DNA from: Clostridia bacterium | GTDB lineage: Bacteria; Bacillota; Clostridia; Oscillospirales; CAG-272 | Assembly (NCBI GenBank): GCA_017453085.1 | Contig: JAFTKV010000045.1 | Span: 1 to 31,884 of the forward strand | Length of the DNA: 31,884 nucleotides | Reading direction: 5' to 3' | Part shown: piece after piece, positions 25,760 through 31,884 of the stretch | Layout: the number at the start of each line of letters is the position of its first letter | Position numbering within the stretch: the stretch's first letter is position 1 | Notes under the pieces: generated by a model | What the model was told of the DNA's origin: nothing | What the model saw: the letters and a program-made list of their open reading frames with translations, nothing else | Database searches by the model: none | Position numbers and translations under genes: made by a program

Positions 25760-26068
25760 TTATTTGTCGTTCTGTTTTGCAGCCTCATATCGTTCGTTTG
25801 CAGCTGCAGTTCTTGCATTTGCCTCTGCAATCTGCCGATCCCGATCCGCCTGCGCCTTGGCAGCTCTTTCGGAAGGGCTCATGTTCGCATCATCCCAGCT
25901 CTTTTTCGCGTTTGCCTTTGCCTTGGCGTAGGTGTTGCGTCCTCTGTTTTCTTCAAAATTGGCTTTGGATTCCGCCTTTGCCGCCGCAAAATTGGCTTTG
26001 TCTAACTCGTGCTGTGCCTTTGCGGACGCCTTCATATCGTTGAATGCCTTCTTCAGAAAGTTTGCCGT
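25760..26068 (-). CDS. Small Ala/Lys-rich helical protein, apparent start codon ACG (102 aa; 91 aa from the next ATG at 26035)
   Basis: AAGGAG RBS sits 8 nt before ACG-GCA-AAC-TTT-CTG-AAG-AAG, in frame with the 25760-26035 ORF. No RBS is seen before 26035. Confidence 0.7.
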   Translation of the reverse strand, partial: TANFLKKAFNDMKASAKAQHELDKANFAAAKAESKANFEENRGRNTYAKAKANAKKSWDDANMSPSERAAKAQADRDRQIAEANARTAAANERYEAAKQNDK

Positions 26069-26101
26069 TGCGTTTTCTCCTTTTATTATATGGTATTCCG
26101 T

Positions 26102-26470
26102 TTAGCCGTTGCGGATGATCTGATCGCTGAGCTCCAGTATGCTACCTGCGTACTTTTTGCGGCGAGAGCCGAGAATGCCTTTATAAATAGGGTAATTCAA
26201 CAGTGCAAGCCCCATGCCGATCACACCGATGGCAATTCCCGGAATCATGGAGTCCGTCATTCCCACCAGCGATCCCACGTCGGTCATCACCAAACTCATG
26301 CCTGCTCCCATCACGATTGCAGCAATGCTACCAAAGATATAGGCGAAGATTGCCGCAGGGCGCTTCACCTTTTTGTCCAGTGCCCGAAGCTCATCCAGCT
26401 TGGTCGTTTCTTTTGCCGTATAACGGCTGCGGATCTTCTGCACCATTACCGTTTCATTGGATTGATTCAT
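26102..26470 (-). CDS. Small two-TM membrane protein (122 aa)
   Basis: Charged N-terminus (KIRSRY...LDELRALDKKVKRP), two TM segments, basic C-terminus. Resembles 26563-26961. Confidence 0.8.
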   Translation of the reverse strand: MNQSNETVMVQKIRSRYTAKETTKLDELRALDKKVKRPAAIFAYIFGSIAAIVMGAGMSLVMTDVGSLVGMTDSMIPGIAIGVIGMGLALLNYPIYKGILGSRRKKYAGSILELSDQIIRNG

Positions 26471-26499
26471 CTGTGTTCTCTCTTTCTGTTTGTGATACT

Positions 26500-26551
26500 A
26501 TTTTATTCGGTGGATGTTTGCGTTTTGATGAGATTTTGTTTTCGTTTTGTT
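26500..26551 (-). promoter_or_regulatory. Activator-type promoter with four 11-bp-phased repeats
   Basis: AACA-N7-AACA-N7-ATCA-N7-AACA-N9-TAAAAT; no canonical -35. Confidence 0.75.
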
Positions 26552-26562
26552 AAAGCAGTACA

Positions 26563-26961
26563 TTATTTTTCAAAATTCGCCGTCTTTCCCGCATCGATCT
26601 CATCGGCAAGGCGAAGGATCTCGGGAGTCAGCATCTTCCGCATCCTGGCAGAAATCTTTGCAAAGATGGGATATGCCGCCAGCATTGCCGCCACCCCGGG
26701 GATCGACAGCAGGATCGCGCCGATCCTTCCGCCTGCCAGAACGTCCAGACCCATGCACAGGGCAACGCCAAACACAAGTGCTCCCAGCACGCCCACGATC
26801 AGCGCAGGCATAACGCCCGCCGACTGCACCTGTCGATCCAGGCGGCGGAGCTTCTCCAGATCCGACTCCTCTCTGGGCAGATACTTCTGACGGATCGTTT
26901 GAATCTCCTTATGGCTTTCAGCGGAATAGCTATAGCGAAAAGCGTTGATTTCGTTGGTCAT
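26563..26961 (-). CDS. Small two-TM membrane protein (132 aa)
   Basis: IRQKYLP...LEKLRRLDRQV, two TM segments, C-terminal YPIF...PEILRL. GAGG RBS. Confidence 0.8.
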   Translation of the reverse strand: MTNEINAFRYSYSAESHKEIQTIRQKYLPREESDLEKLRRLDRQVQSAGVMPALIVGVLGALVFGVALCMGLDVLAGGRIGAILLSIPGVAAMLAAYPIFAKISARMRKMLTPEILRLADEIDAGKTANFEK

Positions 26962-26973
26962 TTCATTCCTCAG

Positions 26974-27297
26974 TCAAGTGTTTTGGTTGATCTTTCCTGC
27001 GTTCTTGGAGGCTTCGATGGAAGCGTTGATCATCTCCTGCTGCTTTTCCATTCTAGCCTTCTGCTCTGCCTTGTGCTTTTCCACAATTGCGTTGGAGGAG
27101 GCGGTGCGCGCCGCAGCATCAGCGTTCATTCTTGCCTTGGCTTCCTCTACGGTCTCGCCTTCCTTGGTAAAAACCTTTTCCACGATAGCATCGGTAACCT
27201 TGTTGAAGCCCTCTACCACACCCTCTTCAATCTTCTTGTAGCCGGTGACAACGCCCTCTGCGATCTTCTCGTTTACTTCTGCAATTTTCTTAGTCAT
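26974..27297 (-). CDS. Small amphipathic helical hypothetical protein (107 aa)
   Basis: AAGGAG RBS; internal 11-residue repeats KIAEGVVTGYK / KIEEGVVEGFN; no TM segment. Confidence 0.8.
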   Translation of the reverse strand: MTKKIAEVNEKIAEGVVTGYKKIEEGVVEGFNKVTDAIVEKVFTKEGETVEEAKARMNADAAARTASSNAIVEKHKAEQKARMEKQQEMINASIEASKNAGKINQNT

Positions 27298-27343
27298 GAT
27301 TTGTTTTCTCCTTTTTTCTTTCTGTTTTCGTTTCTGTGACTGT

Positions 27344-27395
27344 ATTCTACACCCCGCTTGTTTGCAAAATGATTGCGAAATGTTAAAGTTTTGTT
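27344..27395 (-). promoter_or_regulatory. Activator-type promoter with four 11-bp-phased repeats (head of the cluster)
   Basis: AACA-N7-AACA-N7-ATCA-N7-AACA-N9-TAGAAT, the same layout as 26500-26551. Confidence 0.75.
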
Positions 27396-27559
27396 ATTTC
27401 GAAAAATATTGCAAAAAAATAACTGCAGAGTTGCCTCTGCAATTTTGAGATATGTCAGCAAGCATTATATGGATAGATGCGCTAACGATTTCCACCAAAC
27501 CCTAGCCTTCCCCAGCGGGGAAGGCTCTCTTGCGCATTTATCACAGCATCCTATTCAAC

Positions 27560-27586
27560 AAAAACGGCAGAGTTACCTCTGCCGTT
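27560..27586 (-). terminator. Intrinsic terminator of the nucleotidase-kinase gene
   Basis: AACGGCAGAG-GTAA-CTCTGCCGTT followed by TTT. Confidence 0.8.
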
Positions 27587-27593
27587 CTGATCG

Positions 27594-28712
27594 TTATGTA
27601 ATGTTCAAGATCTCGCGCAGCCGCTGCAGCGCATCGTCGTAGGTGCCGTCGAATCGCAGAACGTAATCACACAGCTCTGCGTTTTGCTGCTCGTATTCGA
27701 TGGCGCACAGCCGATTGACCTTGTTTTCGTTGGTGGTGTTCTTTTTCAAAATATTCGCCATCAGTGCCTTTTTATCCCGCTTGACGTAAATGGTGACCAC
27801 ATTGGGGAAATGGGTCTTCAGCGACATAGCACCGCAAATATCCATGGTAGTCAGCACTCGCTTGCCCTGCCGCAGGATCTCCTCCACGTCTCCCTTGCGG
27901 GAGCCGTAGCCGTGCCCTGCATACATAGTGGATTGGAACATCTCTCCGCTGTCGCACATACTGCGGAAGGTGTCCAGCGAAACGTAATTGTACCATTCGT
28001 TGGGCTCCACCGCCGTAGGATCCTTAGTGGTGTAGCTGACCAGCTTCTCAAAGCGGTCGGTGCAGTCCAGCAGGCGGGTCGCTAGCTTGGATTTTCCGCT
28101 TCCCGAGGGCCCTACCAGCACCACGATCTCGGAATCCCCCGCGCAGCACTCGTCGGCGCTTACCGAATAGCTGCTTGCAATGACCTCCACCAGCTTCAAA
28201 AACTCGTCGTAGCTGGTGACTGCCAGCATTCCGGTTGCCTCCTGATTCCAAGGGCGGCGCATGAGGATGGGATACTTGGCTCCCGAGTTGAGGATATTGT
28301 GCATCGCATCGTCAAAGAGAATGTCGGTGTGGATCTTGTCCTTGCCTGAGCCCATATAGATATGATCGGCGGGAATTTCGGGGAACTCTTCCCGGATCCG
28401 CTGGGCACGGATGCCCATAAACTCAGGAGGAACGGCAGTGCAGATATACACCTCGGTCATCTGACTGAGGCGACGCACAAATTCCTTTGCTCCCTCATAG
28501 ACCGGCTGGGTGCGATAGAACTCCGCATCGCTGAAATAGGGGTAAATGGTATCCGCGCGGGTACCGTTCTTTCCCCAGCTATCCTTTTCATAAATGGTCA
28601 TCGGCGGCTGAAAGCCGTACTTTTCGTTGGCAAGGCGTATGGCGTAGGAGGTGCATTCCATCAGGATGTCGTCCACGTCCAGCGCGGTGGATAATCTGTA
28701 TTTTCTGCTCAT
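27594..28712 (-). CDS. Fusion of HAD 5'(3')-deoxyribonucleotidase-like domain and guanylate-kinase-like domain (372 aa)
   Basis: HAD motif I DVDDIL and motif IV DILFDD; then P-loop GPSGSGKS, SYTT, YNYVSLDTF and MYAGHGYG. GAGAGG RBS before the ATG at 28712. Confidence 0.85.
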   Translation of the reverse strand: MSRKYRLSTALDVDDILMECTSYAIRLANEKYGFQPPMTIYEKDSWGKNGTRADTIYPYFSDAEFYRTQPVYEGAKEFVRRLSQMTEVYICTAVPPEFMGIRAQRIREEFPEIPADHIYMGSGKDKIHTDILFDDAMHNILNSGAKYPILMRRPWNQEATGMLAVTSYDEFLKLVEVIASSYSVSADECCAGDSEIVVLVGPSGSGKSKLATRLLDCTDRFEKLVSYTTKDPTAVEPNEWYNYVSLDTFRSMCDSGEMFQSTMYAGHGYGSRKGDVEEILRQGKRVLTTMDICGAMSLKTHFPNVVTIYVKRDKKALMANILKKNTTNENKVNRLCAIEYEQQNAELCDYVLRFDGTYDDALQRLREILNIT

Positions 28713-28755
28713 ATCGGTACCTCTCTTTCCTTCATCGTTGGATCTTGTTACGCAG

Positions 28756-28821
28756 AAAAACCTTCTTTGGGTCAAAGAAGCAGCTCGCCGCGTTTGATAC
28801 AGAAACGCGGAAAGCTGCTCC
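28756..28821 (-). promoter_or_regulatory. Structured 5' leader with overlapping hairpins (candidate attenuator)
   Basis: A 9+8-bp stem-loop overlaps by 4 nt with CTTCTTTG-ACC-CAAAGAAG-GTTTTT. Confidence 0.55.
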
Positions 28822-28829
28822 AGTAAGTT

Positions 28830-28858
28830 ATTGTAGCATCTTTTGAACAAAAAATCAA
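28830..28858 (-). promoter_or_regulatory. Sigma-A promoter of the nucleotidase-kinase gene
   Basis: TTGATT-N17-TACAAT with TGn extension. Confidence 0.75.
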
Positions 28859-28911
28859 TAGAAAAATGAAATATTTTTTCTGAATTGCCCAAATATTTTT
28901 TAGCAAATGCC

Positions 28912-30411
28912 TCAAAACAGCATTCGCTCCATGTATTCGTCCGCAAATACAGGGTCGGTGGACAGCTCTGCCACCTCGCCCGTGGCACATCGGGCACATT
29001 GTTCCCGCAGATCCCTACTCAGCAGCACCATCGCAGCACCCGCCAGCGCGGCGTTGCCGATCACACGGATGGCCGGGCGCATCTCTGCGGGCAGCAGACC
29101 GATCTTGCAGGCGTTATCGGTGTTGAGATAACTGCCAAATCCACCGGCAATCGCCAGCGTCCCCACCGCCTCGGGAGCAATTCCCGCCCGATGCAGCAGA
29201 GTCCGAATGCCTGCATGGATCGCAGATTTTGCCAGCTGCACCGCTCGGATATCCTCCTGCGTAATGGAAACGGGTTCGGCTATCATTGCAGGATCGTCCT
29301 CCAGATAGCCTGTCTCGTCCAGCTGCTCGGTATCCAAAAGGCATGCCACCGTATCCACCACGCCGCTACCGCAGATGCCCGCGGGAGCAATATTGCCGAT
29401 CACGTGGGCATACAGGCTGCCGTTCACCAGGCATACGCTGTCTATGGCGCCTTCCTTTCCGCCCATTCCCATGGAAATGTCCGCTCCTTCGAATGCAGGG
29501 CCTGCCGCAGTGGAGCAGAAGGTCAGCCTGCCGTCGTGCCAAAGTGCCATCTCGCCGTTGGTTCCGATATCCACCAACAAAGCAGTTCCCTGCTGCCCGC
29601 ATATTCCGCTCGCCAACAGGGCGGTGGTAATGTCCGCACCCACGAACGCCGCGGCGCAAGGAGGCAGGTAGATCTCCGCATCGGGAGAAAGAGCGGTCAG
29701 CGCAAGCTCGCCCGCTGTCAACACCTCGCCAAACAGTCGCTCTGCGGCAAAGGGTGCGTGGGAAAGCGGCTCTACCGAGGTCTCGGTGAGCAGATGAAGC
29801 ATCACCGTGTTGCCGGTGATCACCATCCCGTCGATGGCATTGGGAGCGATGCCTGCCGCCCGAGTAAGCTCGGTCAGCAGAGCGTCGATGGCTCGGCGGA
29901 TTGACATTGCCAGCTCGTGCGCCTCGCCCTTGAGGGCCGCTTCGATGCGGGAGATCACGTCCGCACCGTAGGCGGATTGGGGATTGAGGCCGCCTGCCTC
30001 GGCAAGGAGTGTTCCCTCCCCATTATACAGCCGTGCCGCCAGCGTAGTGGTGCCGATGTCAACGCAAACACCGTATGCCGAAAACGCAGGATGAAGCGAT
30101 ATTTCAGGCATATCGCCCGCAATGCGGATCCTGGCAGAGGTGCGGGCATCCAACGTGCAGATCACGCAGTCGCCGCAGACGGTAGTACAGCAGGCCAGCC
30201 GTACCCCCGATTCGATCTCGTCGGATGTCAGCCCCTCCCGCTCGGTAGCGGACAAGGGGGACAGCATCCCCTTTGCCGTCACCTTGCATTTGCCGCATTT
30301 GCCGTGTCCGCCGCAAGGAAGCGCAGCACTCTCCTTATAGGGAGGCAGGTCGGAAATGCGGCTCCCCTCTGGGACAATATAGGAAATATCGTTAAAAACA
30401 ACGGTTGGCAT
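28912..30411 (-). CDS. ASKHA-domain [2Fe-2S] protein, RACo/RamA-like reductive activator of corrinoid proteins (DUF4445 type)
   Basis: PCGGHGKCGKC...RLACC ferredoxin domain; DIGTTT, DIGTNGE, AGPAFEG, GICGSG and AGGFG motifs. GGAGG RBS before the ATG at 30411. Confidence 0.92.
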   Translation of the reverse strand: MPTVVFNDISYIVPEGSRISDLPPYKESAALPCGGHGKCGKCKVTAKGMLSPLSATEREGLTSDEIESGVRLACCTTVCGDCVICTLDARTSARIRIAGDMPEISLHPAFSAYGVCVDIGTTTLAARLYNGEGTLLAEAGGLNPQSAYGADVISRIEAALKGEAHELAMSIRRAIDALLTELTRAAGIAPNAIDGMVITGNTVMLHLLTETSVEPLSHAPFAAERLFGEVLTAGELALTALSPDAEIYLPPCAAAFVGADITTALLASGICGQQGTALLVDIGTNGEMALWHDGRLTFCSTAAGPAFEGADISMGMGGKEGAIDSVCLVNGSLYAHVIGNIAPAGICGSGVVDTVACLLDTEQLDETGYLEDDPAMIAEPVSITQEDIRAVQLAKSAIHAGIRTLLHRAGIAPEAVGTLAIAGGFGSYLNTDNACKIGLLPAEMRPAIRVIGNAALAGAAMVLLSRDLREQCARCATGEVAELSTDPVFADEYMERMLF

Positions 30412-30424
30412 CGTAGCCTCCCTA

Positions 30425-30982
30425 TTACAGATTAAAAAACATTGCACCAAAATAAGTAACGGTGTTCTGTCCGTTGATGTATTTCATACCCGATGCCTCT
30501 GCCAGTTTTGATACGTTGACACCGTAGGTCTCCAGCGAAGCCACCGCCAGATCGGGGTGACGGCAGGGCTCGTTTGTCCGCTTGGCGCAGACCTCGCACA
30601 TCCGACATCCACCCGCTCCCAGATGGAGCACACGGGAGAAGGGCTCGGCAGCCAGCTTCATACGAAGGGAGCACATCAGACGGTTATGGGAGACTCCCGC
30701 CTCCATCATACCTTCGAAATCGTAGCTATCCTCCAGCTCGTTCACCGTCTGGTAAACCAGCACGTGGGAATAGGTACGCAGCTCTGCCATCAGCGACTCA
30801 ATATCGCCCGCATCGGGAGGGCACATCCAGTTTCTGCCGTAGTTGCCGCACACGTTGGAGGCACAAAGGGCACGGAATCGCACGTCGGTCTCCACGCGAT
30901 CCACCTCGATCACGGAAGCCTTGTATGCACCCTCGGCCAGGGCAATTTCAACCAGACGGTCAAACAGCTGATTAGTTTCCAT
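30425..30982 (-). CDS. DUF2284-type predicted metal-binding protein
   Basis: CxxNxCGNYGRNWMCPP and GAGGCRMCEVC...CRHP...SLETYGVNV motifs. The start (30982 or 30991) overlaps the upstream stop. Confidence 0.85.
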   Translation of the reverse strand: METNQLFDRLVEIALAEGAYKASVIEVDRVETDVRFRALCASNVCGNYGRNWMCPPDAGDIESLMAELRTYSHVLVYQTVNELEDSYDFEGMMEAGVSHNRLMCSLRMKLAAEPFSRVLHLGAGGCRMCEVCAKRTNEPCRHPDLAVASLETYGVNVSKLAEASGMKYINGQNTVTYFGAMFFNL

Positions 30983-31884
30983 AGTGTTCATCAACAGCGG
31001 CAAAGAAGGCGTCGATATTCTCCCAGCTCGTCCGCGGGGGAATGTCACAGCCGGAGGAGATGACGAAGTTCGGGTAGGAGCAGCACCTCTCCATCACCGC
31101 AAGGGTTGCCTCACGGATGGAGTCGGGGGTGCCGCTCAAGAACTGGCCTGCAGGATCCACATTGCCCATGGCGATGGTGTCGGAGGGAATGTGCGCCATC
31201 ATCTCTGCCATATCAATGGTATTGCCGAAATGATAAGCTGCCGCTCCGGTGGTGAGGATCGAATCGATCATGCGGATGGTGTTGTCACCGCAGTTGTGGT
31301 AGATCACGATAAACTCATCGTCCTGCACCGCATCTACGATCTGCTTGACGTAGGGAGAGGAGAACTCCTCCTCCAGCATGGGAGAGAGCAGACCGGCAAC
31401 CGGCTCTGCCATCATAATGCCGTTAGCACCTGCCGCTTTGTACGCCTTGGCGTATTCGATCAGGAAAGCGGTAGACTTCTCCAGTACGGTGTGCACCATA
31501 TCGGGGTCGTCGTAGCAGTCCATCATGATCTCGGTCACGTCGAGAAGGCGTGCCGCCAGCGAGAAGGGGCCGATCATACCCGCCAAAACGGGGCGATCGG
31601 TGATCAGATCCATGGCTTTTTCGATGGACTCCACATACAGTCCGCTGCGAGCGGTACCCACGGCGGGAACCTCCAGTGCGGCAGCTTCGTCCTCGTCGTT
31701 AATCAATCTGCCCACGACGGTGGGAACCTCTCCGTCGGACACCCGAACGGTCGCACCGAAACACTCGGCCTCTACCGACAGATCCATCAGGCTGACGGCG
31801 GCGGCGGAATTCGTGTGCTCTGCCACCAGCTTCATCGCTTCTGCCTGACGGTCGCTGTCCGAGATCAGCTCTTTCACGCTGATC
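30972..31884 (-). CDS. Uroporphyrinogen-decarboxylase-fold methylcobamide methyltransferase (MtaA/MtbA-like), 5'-truncated by the window edge
   Basis: DLSVEAECFGA, GPFSLA, AEPVAG and GNVDP motifs; Zn-ligand pattern YHNCG and SSGCD. Confidence 0.88.
   Translation of the reverse strand, partial: ISVKELISDSDRQAEAMKLVAEHTNSAAAVSLMDLSVEAECFGATVRVSDGEVPTVVGRLINDEDEAAALEVPAVGTARSGLYVESIEKAMDLITDRPVLAGMIGPFSLAARLLDVTEIMMDCYDDPDMVHTVLEKSTAFLIEYAKAYKAAGANGIMMAEPVAGLLSPMLEEEFSSPYVKQIVDAVQDDEFIVIYHNCGDNTIRMIDSILTTGAAAYHFGNTIDMAEMMAHIPSDTIAMGNVDPAGQFLSGTPDSIREATLAVMERCCSYPNFVISSGCDIPPRTSWENIDAFFAAVDEHYGN

Noticed and set aside
26085-26090. TATAAT as a promoter for the ACG-start gene
   Set aside because: No -35 at the right spacing, no phased repeats, and the start site would fall within the RBS.
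26102-26961. An enzymatic (reductase) function for the two small membrane proteins
   Set aside because: I recall similar proteins carrying a dihydropteridine reductase label but cannot verify it; these have two TM helices and no Rossmann or flavin-binding motif.
27381-27397. WalR box (TGTTAA-N5-TGTTAT)
   Set aside because: It fits the pattern, but the twin promoter does not keep the WalR consensus and WalKR is typical of Bacilli. Treated as a generic OmpR/PhoB-type repeat.
27594-28997. Long N-terminal extensions from the ORF track (28997, 30450, 31048, 9965, 8564, 3206, 22358)
   Set aside because: They run through promoters, leaders or upstream genes, and better RBS-supported starts lie downstream.
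30972-31884. True uroporphyrinogen decarboxylase (hemE)
   Set aside because: The HxC...C zinc-ligand pattern and linkage to a RACo-like activator indicate an MtaA-like methyltransferase; no heme genes are nearby.

Overview
Chromosomal segment of a moderately GC-rich Firmicute (Clostridia-like; inferred from gene families, GGAGG ribosome-binding sites and sigma-A promoters). Almost all genes are on the minus strand. Left to right: a 5'-truncated PHP-family metallohydrolase and a small membrane ORF (+); two tandem ECF sigma factor / membrane anti-sigma-like modules sharing a conserved upstream motif; a feoA-feoB iron-uptake operon with two Cys-rich genes and two DtxR-like boxes; a regulator with N-terminal Xis/MerR-like and C-terminal LuxR HTH domains; a 3309-aa sortase-anchored VWA adhesin with about 19 isopeptide-type Ig-like domains, coupled to a small Cys-rich gene; a nine-gene cluster (four small proteins, cardiolipin synthase, two tandem ABC-2 exporters) with two identically built promoters carrying four 11-bp-phased repeats; a HAD nucleotidase-guanylate-kinase-like fusion behind a structured, attenuator-like leader; and the 3' part of a corrinoid methyltransferase module. 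No rRNA, tRNA, CRISPR array, transposase or integrase was recognised. The very long plus-strand ORFs are antisense shadows of codon-biased genes. Everything was read by eye; no searches or folding programs were run.
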